The translations under genes were made by a program, and so were the position numbers. A stretch of 64,000 nt of DNA, taken from contig CM102287.1 of assembly GCA_046563655.1 (NCBI GenBank), positions 5,084,001 through 5,148,000 of the forward strand. The letters are read 5' to 3'. The notes beneath the pieces were generated by a model that had not been told where the DNA came from, searched no databases, and worked only from the letters and a program-made list of their open reading frames with translations. Numbering within the stretch: position 1 is the stretch's first letter; each line of letters opens with the position of its first letter. Below are positions 23,301 to 36,123 of the stretch, in pieces. The DNA is from Yuukianura sp. NJ FZ-2021. Its lineage: Eukaryota.

Positions 23301-26300
23301 TTAGCCTGGTGTGAGCAGTTGATAGTTGTCGATAGCAGACCACAAACTTTCGGTATTGTTAACGACGACATCTTGTTGGTCCACAATTTCTGGACCATTG
23401 GTGAACAAACTGAGGGCAGCAAATGGACGATCGTCAACATTCTTTTCATCTTCTACTTCCTCACCTTCTGAATATGAATCTTCATCTTGTCGTTTCCACA
23501 GTATTTGATACCTGGTAATTCCATCAGCATCTACACGTTTTCCAAGGACTTCATACGAATCAAAATCGTTCAAATCATGTTTCTGGCGGCCCACGAAAAG
23601 TTCTGACTTCCTCCGTGTTAAACTTCTAGTTTCAACTTCACTACGCCCAAGGAGAGATGAAGCAATTTGGGCTTCCTTTTCTGTACGAATATGAGAAAAT
23701 ACTTTGAGAGTTTCACTTCGTCGTTCGGTGTGTGTTGTGGGCGATACTGGGAGACATTGGATTCGGTAGTCACCAAACAGAGCTGCTTCGATGAGAGACT
23801 CATTCAGGAGATTTAGAGCAGTTGAGTCCTGTTTTGTTACTGGTTCTGGACGTCGCTCGCTGATACTATTGAAGATTCCTACACGACGGGTAATGTGCAA
23901 TGTGGCTGGAACGCTGTTTCCTGCAGACTTACTTCCAGTTGATTTACTTTGTCGCAGAGATCGACTATTGGCAGTGGTAACTGGTTCAACTTTAGCAGTG
24001 TTGGAATTGGAAGCGACTTGTGATACGACAGCAGAAGCTGATGCTGCTGAGCCCTTAGGTCGTCCAGGACCTCTCTTGCTAACACGCGTATTTTCACTTC
24101 CGTCAATCGATGAGGCTTTTGAAGTTCTCGCGCCTTTTCCTTTTGATTTTTCTTTCTTTGCCTTTTCCTTCTTTGCATCGACGATTCTCTTGTCCTTTGT
24201 AACATCATCGACCGATTTGGAATCAAAATCTTGAGGTTTAGACTTTTCTAGGTTATCCTCAAAGGCTCGTAGTTTCTGAATTTGAAGTGGAGATAAAGGA
24301 GTAATGGCAGCCGACTTGAGAGCAAATCCATGCGGTATTGAACCAGTTCTGATCGGAGACAGGCAGAGAGGAGTTGCACCAGGAGATTTTGTAATGTACG
24401 GTTGTGATCCAGATTTGGATGGAATATTTATCCGCAATTTTAGGGATCCCAACTTATCTTCACCATCTTTATCCGTATCTGGTGTTCCTTCACGGGATTT
24501 CACAGTAGATTTGGCACCCTTCGCAAGAACTTTTTCAACTGTGTGAACAAGTCCTTTGTGAACTGGAACATCTCTCGGCGGCGAGATGGAGAAACTGTCG
24601 GATTTTAGCCGCTTCTTCAGTGCTGGAAGTTTTAGAGGTGAACTAGAAGTTGATGACTTGCTCTTAGGCGAAACTGATCCCTAAAAGACGTTTAGAAATT
24701 TTTAACTTTTGTCATGTACTTTCAGGTAACAGATATTTCGAAGATATGTCATTCCGCTTACCTCAGAATACTTGCGTTTCCTACTAATTTTCTCTAGTAC
24801 CTTGCCCTTTCGATTCGCATTAGCTTCTTGAGACTTCAAATAGTATAAAACAATGCATTAGCCCAAAACAGTAATAAAAATGCAGCGAGAATTCAAATCT
24901 TTTATATTTTATAGTTACCTCGGCTGACTCCAACGTACTAGACCGACTTCTCATAGTGTTTCCGGTTTTCTCTTTCCTGACGTCCGACTTGTAATGGTCA
25001 CTTGATCTGACTGAACTTATCTGCACCACAAAGAAAACGAAATTAAAACAAGGAGGAAAATTGAATTGCGGCAATTCGGCAGTTTAGTTGCACTTACGCT
25101 ACTTATAGTCGAAGATGCTGAAGAGCAACTGCCGCTGTTACTACCAGTAGTTGTAGACGACCCACTTCTAGTTTCTACAGGCATCGGGAATATATCACTC
25201 CGGGTTTCCTCTGTCGCCGTTGTCCAATCAGGTTCCTTCAACGAAAAAAAAAATACTTCTTCAGCATCGGCACGCACTTTTATATTGAGTAGTGCTAATC
25301 TAACGGGAATTCAATAAAGAGCTTGGCTTCAGAAACTTACTAGAGTTGATTCAGTAGTGTCGCTCCTCGAAGTAGTGTCACTGCTGTCCTCCCCTTTGTT
25401 GACTGCTAGCGGAGATGGTGACAAGTCTTTGTTCTTTGTTGAAGCAATGAAACGAAGTAAGTCCGGAGACGGATTGCTAAAAGGCTGTTGTGCAATTGGA
25501 GCACTAGCATTGGTAGATTTTGCAACTGGCTTCTCTCCTTTCACCGCATGTTTCAATACAATTTGTGGACAAATCTTGTCCCTTGAACCCGGAAATTCGG
25601 TTTCCCTGAGTCCCCACAGAGTTGTCTTGAGACGCTGATCTATACTATTTTGAAAACGTTGTGGAGAATTGAGCAGAGCATTGAGGATGAAACGATTTCG
25701 TGCTTCTGCAGGCTGGGACTTGTACTACAATCAAAAAAGCAAAATGTTGTAAAAGTTCGCGATATTTTCGACTACTAAACTTCAGACTATTTTCCGCAGA
25801 GAAACTCCCACCTCCAGAGAGTCGTGTGTTGGAAAACTAAGTTAATAGTTAATCAAGATTTGTTCCCTTTAATCAGCCTATAAAGTACTTATCAGGTACT
25901 GTTCGTTAAAGTGATAATGTTTATGTTGTGTTATAAAAACATAGCGGACATGCCATACCTGTCGAGGTAGATGCAAACTCTCCAAATGTCTCTCCATAAA
26001 CGGTAACATTTCTTTTTCAAAATCAAACATTCGGTGCGTTTGAACTACTGAAAGGCAACTTATGAGCAAGTACGCAATATCACCTGAAAAGCAAAAGAAA
26101 ACATCAATTGAATAATTGAAATAAATTCGAAAAATCAGCTTTGACAAAACCTTACCCCAGTTGCTGATACTCCGTCGAACTGAAAACTTCATCTCCACCT
26201 TCTCACTTGCTTTTTGATTTCCGCACGTCGAACATACCAAATGCCAGAAGCTGTTTTCAAAAAACAGAAAAAACATACACAAAATTAGACGCAGTTAGAT

Positions 26301-27450
26301 CAATTACATTGCCGAATTTACATTTTTATTAGATCCATTGAGTGCTTACGTGTCTCCATTTAGTGGCGTAGGATTGAGGTATAAGCAGGAGATGTGACAC
26401 GGCCTTCCACAGAAATTGCATCCAACACTGTCGAAAGGTTGAACCAATTGTTCACAACTGAAGCAGTAGGGCTCCTTTGTCGATATAATTGAAAACTGAA
26501 TTTGTCTAGGAATCGATACTGCCGAGTGATGTGACGGATTTGAGGGTAACAAAAACCCGGGAGGCGGAGATCCCAGAGGAATCCCAGATTTGTCTCCGGG
26601 TAACTTTCCTTTCACTGCTGTCGGTATCGGACTCTGAAAAAAAGTTTTAATTTTGTAAAAACTTGTTACCCAAACACCTAGTTTTGGGAATTTTGTACGT
26701 AATAGATTCAGAAATTTTTTTAGCCTATCGCAACCGATTACCATGTCCGCTGTTGGCTTGATGGAAAGGTCCGTACTCTTGTTCTTGACACAGCGCCTAC
26801 ACTCGAACTTCCTCAGTTCATTTTGATACAGTTTAGCCTTATTTGCAGTGATACGCTGCAAAAAAAGAGGCGACTTGTTAGCATTCCTGTGTAATTCGAC
26901 AGTAAAGTTCGAGAACTCAGCAAGAAGTAAAGTGAGGTCAGATTTTTTGTTTTGCTTACTCGGTATGCACCACATGAAGTACAAGTTTGTTGGGGACGAG
27001 GTTGCGGTGGTTGTGCTGGCGGTGTAGTCTCAGTTTTCGTTCGTTTGCATTGGACTACTTCAACTTCATCTTCATCATCAAACAACTTCCTCAGCCGCTT
27101 AAACTGGGCCACTTTCTCAGTCCCATCTCCAAATTGTACAAGGCAGCTCCCCCCTCTAACCTGTAAAGTCACATTTATTTCAAAACGTGATTTTTGGTAT
27201 TTATGACATAAAAAAATGAACATGTTGGAATGGGCATGAAATCAAAACTTACTTCGGCCACTGTCCCAAGCATTTGCTGTCCAGTTTCCGTTTGAAAGAA
27301 AACTTCGTCTCCCTCCTGGAACTTTTGGACCGGCAAAGGAGCCGGTTCAGTGGTTGAATCTGGAACGGGCGGGCTCTCCTTTCTATCCTTGACCCTTGAC
27401 GACTCTCCCCGACTTCCACTACTCAACGACTGACGAGACTTGCTTGCCAT
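23301..27450 (-). CDS. Pcl: Polycomblike (PHF1/MTF2/PHF19 family), divergent
   Basis: Domain order: Tudor (FQEGDEVFF...CLVQFGDG), remnant PHD1, PHD2 (YCFSC...CNFCGRPCHISC...LVCSTC), EH winged helix (WGDIAYLLISCL...FDFEKEMLPF...ILNALL), C-terminal chromo-like motif YEVLGKRVDADGITRYQILWK. Confidence 0.8.
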
Positions 27451-28981
27451 GATGTCTTCTCGTCAGTGGTTTAATGGATCCGTGCCAAATCGGTTAGGGG
27501 ACGAAGTAGGGGGAAAATACTTGACGACAAGTCTGGATTCGTCACCTCATGTCTCTGCAAATCCCTCCGAAAGTCCTGGATTTAGACTCATCCGTCATTT
27601 GACACCATACTTTTCAATATAGTGAATCGTCCCACTCCAACATTGACACTGACAGCGTAAATTCACCAAGGAAAACCTAGGAAAGCCAAAAAAGAGAACA
27701 TAATAAAAATAACTTAAATTTCCATTACATTTGAGCAGGTTAATTGAAAATTCCTAATCATAAAGGTAAACCCCAATAAGCCCATACACATGTGTCCTTG
27801 TCCTTGCGCCATAAATTGAAAAACTTTCGCAACACTAACAAACGTACCGTTTTAACCTTCAAGGTCGCACTGGCACGACACTCTCCGATTTCACTACGAG
27901 AATATCGTTACCGCTGTGTAGCTGCAAAATTAAGCCACGAAATACATAAAATAATCAAATAATCCGTAACTTTATGAATTCGTTCGGATCCTCAGAGATC
28001 CACTATAAAATCAAAATCCTGTTTAATAGCACTTAGCAGTTCTCAAACACTGATTCTGCAATTCTGGAATGATTTATGCCGGAAAGATGCCAAAATTAAA
28101 TCTTCTGCTTCCAAAAAGGAGGGAAAACATCTCTTCCGTATGTAAATGTGTCCAGGTGAAGAGGATCAGCAGGTAAGTGACGTAAGTTTTGGCAAACGGA
28201 CAACTTGACTTTGACAAGGTAATCGAATAGTACTATGAATTCAGCCGAATATACTATGATCTTATACGCTACTGTTCACAGTTGTAGTAAGGAGTAAACG
28301 TAAAAACTAAACAAAAAATGAGACGATGACCTTCCGTAAAGCCTTACCAAAAACAAGTATGTAATCGGCGAACAGGAATTCAGAAGATAACAATCAGATG
28401 GTGACGATCGGTGTACCGGTGAACAACGGACATTTCAAAAGTACTTTAACGGTAACGAATCTGTATTTAGTTAGTTGATTAACCTAGCTAACGTTAATTG
28501 GTAACAAAATAACAGACAAAAGATGATTTATGAAGAATTGAGAAGAAACGGATATAAAAAACTTTGATCCGTTTTGAGAAATGAAAAGTTTTGTTTGTTG
28601 ATATTTTTTTTCACTTTCACTTTTTTTTTGAGTCCTTCAAGTGGAGAGACTTCACAAAAGAGGTCACTTCCTTCCGCCTCAACTTCAGTCATTCACCCCA
28701 CGCCACAAAATGTTAATGTTAACTACTTTAATCAACTTCTTAATTACAATTGACGATTAAGCTAAGTTCGTTTGTAACGTTAACTGAAACACGCAGCAGT
28801 AATGTCACTAAAACTAACTCGGGCCCGTCTAGATTGTTTTTAATTTCACTGTCTTCTTTGGCATAAAGTATTTGGAGTTAAGTTCACTTATCGCTGATTA
28901 CCTAAATCGCTGCGGAATTTGCAATTACCCAGCCATCAAATAAAGTAGTTTGCCCACTCCTGGTAGAGTGGTCCACTTATT

Positions 28982-30218
28982 TTAACGAGGACGACAGAGA
29001 CCGTTTATACAACTAGTATCACTAGGGCATGTAGATGGACTTGTTGCAGTTGCAATGGTGCAACCCGCTCCATTAGTAGTGTTATAGATTGGTTGTCCAG
29101 GAATGTTCCCTCCAGGTCCATAGTTACAAACATGAACTCTAGCAACACGATCTTTAAAATGCAACAAAATCATCAAACCTCGACACATTAGATCGGCAAT
29201 GGCTCTTAAGATTAAAGATTCTTTAGATTTAAAAAAAAAATTACCTCGACTCAATCCCCATGACATAAATCCGCATCCAATGAGCCTAGTGCTTGCGGCC
29301 ACCATTTGCGTGTAATGTCCCGCTCTGAGTTGGTAAGTGTACGATGGAACAACGCTTGGATTGAACACGTCCACTTCATTGTACCAACTAAAAAGAGAAA
29401 GTAAACCGACCTTTGACACCGTGAACAATGATTAGCAAAGGTATTAATGAAACAGAGAGACATATTACCTGTTTATTGCCTGGTCCCAGTATAATACGGT
29501 AGTGTTCCTATCGTATAAAAAGCTTCGTACAATGTACCCATACATGTTCTGGCCAACGTAAACGGGATTTGAAGTTTCAGATCTCACCACTGGAAAGTTT
29601 TTCAATCAATCAGTTAAATACTTTCTTTGAACAAAGTTTGATACTTTTTATAACTAAATGTTTACCAGTAACTGATTCATTTCGATTAGCATCCGCCTTG
29701 AACTGACACTGATTGGCCCAAGCTTGAGCTGCTGCTGCAAGGTCACTGCTCCATTCAATATCAATCATACTGCCTGTCCCAGGTTGTCTCCCGGTCAATC
29801 CTCTGGTTTCAAGTCCTTGAAAAAATAAGTTTAAAAAAAAAACTTTGTTAAAAAACAGTATTCTATTATTTTTAAACCTGACATTTGACCTCACCCATTG
29901 CAACTCTCAATCTCAATTCATTGTGACGATTTACAATGAAATTTCGAGTTTCAACATCCATCACAAAGTTAGTATTATGATTTCCAGGATTTCCGCATGC
30001 TGGTCCAACTTGAGTCTGAAATTTCAAACAAAAATTGAGAAAATATTTACACTCTGTGTTATTGTTTAAAACTGAAATTTTACCGGAGAATATCTGCACA
30101 GTGTTCCCTGCTCAGCAAAACGACCGTAAATTGCAGTATTGCAGTAACTTGGATTTTGGGAAAAACTTGTTGGCAAATTGTTAAACAGAATCAAAAAACA
30201 GGCAACAAACACTTTCAT
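28982..30218 (-). CDS. Secreted CAP/SCP (antigen 5/venom allergen-like) protein
   Basis: Signal peptide at ATG 30218; HNELRLRVA, EWSSDLAAAAQAWANQC, VGQN, WYNEV, GHYTQMV, IGCG, VCNYGPGGN; Cys-rich tail. Confidence 0.9.
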
Positions 30219-31268
30219 TGTTGCAGATTTTGATTATGATTTTAGGAATGTTTTAAGCTTTAGTTAATCTCGAAACGTATTTTGGTAATTTGCGGATCGA
30301 ATCATGCATTATATAAGAAAATATTCTGTTCCTGATTCGCATCATCCCTTCCCTGAATTCCAGTTCCAAGAAGATTAAAAACTCAGGGTAAAAACTCCTT
30401 TAGCATTAAATTTCACGCATTAAATTAACAATTAAGTTAGTTAATCACGATGACTAAATTCCAAGAGTCATCTTCCTTGACCTCCACCTTTTTAATACGA
30501 AATTTAACACGAGCGTGCTCTAGATGCTTCAAAATTAACACTCAAAATTGCCAAAAATTCTAAGGATATGCATTTGGAGGCAAATTTTCTAAAGATTGCA
30601 AACAAAGGTCAGGTGAAGGTCAATTGCTGAACACGATCATGAATATTAATCGTAACCGGAAATTAATCAACAAGTATCAAAAGGCTAAATTTTTGTTCTG
30701 ATCCGTTTAATTCCTGTCATTTCAATTAACAACTTAAATTTTAACTAAATAAACCCTCTGCTCTATCTATTTTCTACTACGATTTCCCTTACTTTAATAA
30801 AGTTCTCATGTTTAAGTCTTTTGATTTTGATGGAAAATTAAACTGAGCAGTTAAATTCACACTATGAAAAACTAAATAAATCTGAAAAAAGTAAAGTTAA
30901 GATCAAATCGGAACCACAATTTCCCAAAAGCCAATTCCAATTCCAGTAAATTGATTGTTCACAAAACTATCACCTAACATAGGCGACCTAAGGTTAAGTA
31001 CACCCCAAACTTAACTGAAATCATTCGATCCAACTAAAATTTCAAACTACGTAACTCTAAATATCAAACTAAACGCAGTGTTTTGGTATTCTGGATTATC
31101 CTATGATGGGAAGTACAACGGAGGTCATCAGCTTGTGATATTTAATTGAATTTGGACAATTATTAACGAAAGTGTGAAATAAAAAATTAATTTTTGCCTT
31201 AAATCATTTGTTAGTCGTGTTGTTCTAGTTAAGCCTCTCATCCCCGCTGCTACATGAATTTTGATGAA

Positions 31269-33288
31269 TCAGAATCCAGCATGTGGGTTGCCACCATACA
31301 TTGCTGGAGCTTCAATGTTGTACTTCTGCTTGACTTGAATTTGGACTTCGGCAGCTTTTAGTAAAGAGCTGAGGATCGTCAGTTCTTGGTAAGTTCTTGA
31401 AAATTCAAGGGCCTTCTTAATGGCAGCTTTGGCATTCTCCATGTTTCCAGCCTGCAGTTCCAGGGTTCCAATTGTTTCGTAAATAAACTCATTTCGATCA
31501 TCAATTTTGAGACTGTCGTGCAAAAGTTCCAAAACTTTCTTCAAGTCGTTGTCAATCTGAAACTTGGCAATGGCTTTGTGAACGTAGACAGCAGCATTGG
31601 TTGGATCCAACTTGATCACCTCATCAAACTGTTGAATTGCATCCTGGTACTGGCCAATTTCAGTTAGTATTTGACCGTACAAGTTGAAAACGTCGGGGGA
31701 TTTGTTGAATTTTCGCATGCATCTGGTGAAGTTTTTCATTTTGGATTGCACATCGCCACCAGTCATGACTGCAATACGGTACTCAATGTAGCACTTACTC
31801 GCAGCTGAAAAACAGACATTGACATTAGCAAATTCTTAGGTTAAAACTCATAGAAACTTCAAAAAAAAAAAAAAAAAAAAAAACAATTCTCTTTTTCTTA
31901 CCAGCCAATGCAAATTCAGGTTCAATTTCGTGTGCTTTGTTGATTTGGACGATTGCAGCTTCAAAATCTCCCTTTGTCAGCAAAATCTGGCCTACAAAAG
32001 GAAAAACAACAAAGATGAAACTTTTTTAATAAAGCAATAATTTTAATAAAGCAATAACGTTAATTAAGTGCTGAATGTCTCACCCCTTTGATGGTAAATG
32101 TCAACACAGTCCGGACAAATCTTCTCTGCCCTTTGAAAGTACTCTTCGAACTTATCACTGTCTTGCATTGCCACTTGACAACCCATCTTCACACAGGCAC
32201 TTGCTTTGAGTTCATTTGTGGCAGTCACAGATTCCATGACCTTGGTTAAATCCTCCAGCACTTCATCATGGTATCCCCAAAGGTGCCTAAACGTTCCTCG
32301 GAGAAGGTAAGCTTCATCTAGGTAATTGCTTCCAGGAAACTCAATTTCTTGTGTGCAAAGTTCAATGATTCCCTCATACGTCCGAGCATTAAGTAACTGT
32401 AAGGCCCCTGCAAATCCACCGTACTCCCTAATAGAGTATAAAATAAGAATCAACAGCTGATTTAACATGTTAAGTAACTAAATGAACGCATTACTTGTCT
32501 GGCTCTTGAGCATCGTCACCCACATGACCATTGATGAGAGGCTCAGTCGAGGGGTCGAGCCACCACTTCGTCACAGGGTCACAGTGAAATGAACGCAGGA
32601 AGGAACTAATGGTTTGGTTGGAAGGGAAGCAAGGTTTCTTCAGCTTCATTAGTTTGTCAGCTTGCATAACACCAATAGCTTTCAACACTTCGTCTGCTGC
32701 TTCAATTGAGCTTGGAACTGTAAACGACTCAAGGACACAAACGGCAGTGATGTCTTCTAAGCTTTCATCCATGAACCCCGTCTGACGATATGCCTTGGAC
32801 CTGCGTGCCAGTGCTTTGATGTATCTGGGGTTCAGTTTAAGTGCAGCACTGGATTCGATAATTACTTGAGGCCATTCATTTAGCTTCTCAAACACCGCAG
32901 CTCGATTCTGGTATAAGGCAGCCAAATCGTCTGAAGGAGGTGATTCTGAAATTGCTTGATTGTAAAGGTCAAGCGCCGTTGCAAAATCGGCTTTCTTGAA
33001 GCACTCGTTCCCTTGTTCCTTTAGCCTGACATAACTGGGTCTAACATCCTCTTTCCGTTTCGGGACTCCATCTTCCTGAACTGATTGCTTCTCGTCATTC
33101 TTGGAACTTGATTCAGTTTCACGAGAACTAAAAGCTCCATTCCACCAGCAAACACCGAGTGCTGCAACTGCAATAGGAACTCCAATTGCAAGGCTAAGTT
33201 GAACACCGCGAGGCAACGACGACAGGGAGTACGAGGTAGACGGTGCTGTCGGCCTATCAGTGAACGCGACCGGCTTCGACAGTGACAT
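31269..33288 (-). CDS. TOMM70: Mitochondrial import receptor TOM70
   Basis: N-terminal anchor LSLAIGVPIAVAALGVCWW; clamp TPRs (LKEQGNECF, YQNRAA, YIKALARR); LEDITAVCVLE, LLRGTF, DIYHQRGQ, YETIGTLELQAGN. 4 exons. Confidence 0.92.
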
Positions 33289-34030
33289 AACGGGCCGCAG
33301 TTGTCAAGTGGGGTGAGGTGATGGCCTTCGACGTCAACTCCAACGCTGATTGAGCACAATCTACGAATTACGCGATACTTGATGAATCAACCGCTCGGCC
33401 AGTATGGCTCCACAAATACTGAAAATAAAAATAAAAATCGTATTTCAAAATCTATCCTTAATTGCTCTTTCATGGACTGTTTTTTTTTAAACAGCTGACA
33501 AACTTATTTAGTACGTGTAAGTCAACTTTCGGGCAGGGCTACTACAAAGTCTACTTCTACTTTACAAATCCTTGGTACAATGTTAATGATCGATAATTCT
33601 AGTTAACATAGAGTTAGTAAACTAATCGTAACCATTAAGTAATTGAATATGAAATGGAGTGACGAAATCACCTGATCCCCAGAAGTGAGAGAACTGGACG
33701 AAGATGATTGGAATTGCACTTAAAAAATGTCCCAGGCAGCAGACTATAAAAACAGAAAACAGATACTTCTTAACCTCATAACACGTGAGAAATTCCGCTA
33801 AGTTCGTCAGAAGTGGCTTTGATCACACCTAAACCGCCGAAATTAATTAAATTTGCGTATGTAGGTTATTTGCTAATTAGTTCCGCCAAACTTAAATTTC
33901 ATCTCTCCGATTTGACAAGAAGCTACGCACTTGCACTTTCGATCTTCTACATAGTTGGGCAAATTGAAACAATAAGAATATTTTTGTTTTCATCAATAAT
34001 GGTTTAATTACTAATTAAGTTTAACTTTAT

Positions 34031-35609
34031 GTGCAAAAATTTTTGGATCACTTAAAAAATAACAATTTGTCTTTAAGTGTCAATCAGTTTGGCTGTCGAA
34101 AAAATCATTCGACTGAACAGGCTATGATATACACTGTGGACAATATAAAAAAACAACTGGATTTGGGTAAAGTTTGTTTAATGGTCAGCATAGACCTAAA
34201 AAATGCTTTTCCAACAGTACATAGAGAAAACTTTCTTAAAAAACTGAAAGAACAATTTAAAGTATCCGACTTTTGGTTACGGAGCTATTTCTCGGACAGA
34301 AAACAGTTTGTACAGATTGGTGACACGAAATCTGAAGAGTTGGATAATTTAACAGGTTTGATTCAAGGAAGTGTGTTGGGACCGATTTTCTTCACATTTT
34401 ACATAAATGATTTAGAAAAAGTATTATTGGTATCCAGGCCACAAATTTTTGTGGATGATACAAATCTGATGTTTAATGGAGAGTGGAATGAAAAAATGGC
34501 AGTAAGAGAAGGTGTGAATTCTGAATTACAACGGGTGACTGATTGGATTGATGAAAACTATTTAGTAATAAATAGTGACAAAACTAAAGTCCTTATTTTT
34601 GGAAGTAAAAAACAGTTGGAGATTTTTGGCAATTTTGAAATAATGGTAAATGGCTATGTGATTGAGTCTTCAGAAGAAATCAAAAGTTTGGGATTACTAT
34701 TACAAAAGGATCTGAAATGGGACAAACATATTGACTTGGTAATTAAAAAATGCTACGTCATAATAATCAATGCTTATAAGGTTAGAGAATTTCTAACTGA
34801 AAAAGCTAAAAAAATATTTATGGAAGCGATGGTACAATCAATTCTAAAATATATGTTTGTTCTATACGGACAAACTACGATGAAGAATTTAAAAAAAAGT
34901 CGAAAAAGTAATCAGAACAATGGCGAGATTCGTAACTGGGTTAAAGAAATTTGAACCAGTTGCTGAGGAATTAACAAATAACTTAAAATGGCTTCTTCCA
35001 AAATTCTTTTTTGAGTTTCAAGTTTTGTGTACAACACACAAACTTTTAAATGGAAAGCAAGTGAGTGCATTTGATGACTACTACAAGTACACTTCTGAAG
35101 GGCATAATTACCCGACTTCAAGGTCAATAAAAAACTGTTTAACTTACGACCAAAATAATAAAGGAAAATTTTGGCAAACGACATTCCAAGCACGTTCAAT
35201 TCAGTTATGGAACTCTTTACCCTTAGAAATTACAAAAATCAAGAATTATCAAAAGTTTAAGGACTCAGTTAAAACGATGTTAATTAAGAAGCAAGGACAT
35301 TCATTAGGCATAAGTGACTAGAAATAAGTAATTAATTTATAGGATAAGTTTGTTTGCGGCGTCATTAAATTCTAAGTTAATTTTAAGTGAAATCTTAATT
35401 AAATAAGTCTAAGCTAAGTTAACGAGTAATTTACTTATTATTTTAACATTTTAACAAAACATATTTTGAAATTAAGTTAAGTAAAGACGAGCGACTGATT
35501 AATTCAATTGACAAGATGTAAGACCACTACCGTGGGTATCTTGTCACTGATAATTATTACTGAACAATGACAAGAATAAATTGAATAAAAAAAAAAAAAA
35601 AAAAAAAAA
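34031..35609 (+). mobile_element. 5'-truncated non-LTR retrotransposon (L2/CR1-group LINE), frameshifted RT
   Basis: QFGCRKNHST, IDLKNAF, QGSVLGP, FVDDT, INSDKT, KSLG; C-terminal ARFVTGLKKF...LKWL...LWNSLP. +1 frameshift in an A8 run (34891-34898). 3' hairpin 35509-35546, AATAAA and an A23 tail at 35587-35609. Confidence 0.9.
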
Positions 35610-36123
35610 GTTCAAAATATCCAAAATTTAAACTTCTGTATAACTTATAAACTTTTCCCAGTATTTATCCACCATAATTTATGAGTAGTTCGGATTTGGA
35701 TTAAAAACTGCCTCCGTAATTCGATTCCCATCAGTGAATGTGTTTGGCGTTTTGATTTGTGGCGCCGATTTGTAACGTGCTTGTGCAGCGTTCGTTGAGG
35801 TCAATGACCTCTCGCATTATAAAGCAAGAACTATTCTCCTGAAGTGTCATTCCGCGGTTGTATGTTGAAGTGCGTAGACGTACGTGTCTTCTTTCCGAAA
35901 ATATTTTACTACCTTTACTTGTTTCGTTCAATTAATAAAAAGTTTTAGCTTAATTTTTCATCGTTCGTTCCTGATTACCTATTAGAAAATCGTCCTTGTT
36001 CGGAAAGGTTAACACTTTAAACTAATGAAAACTCAGCAAATTATTGTTCGCAATAAATCTTAAGCCGTGGTATTTGTTGATTTTACAGGTACGAGATAGT
36101 GACTTCCACCGTTTGGTGTCATA

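Noticed and set aside
31861..31883. A23 run in a TOM70 intron as a retro-insertion tail
   Set aside because: No element body or TSD; simple homopolymer.
34888..34898. TTTAAAA slippery heptamer at the LINE frame break
   Set aside because: Restoring the RT needs a +1 shift, not -1; a homopolymer insertion or sequencing error is simpler.
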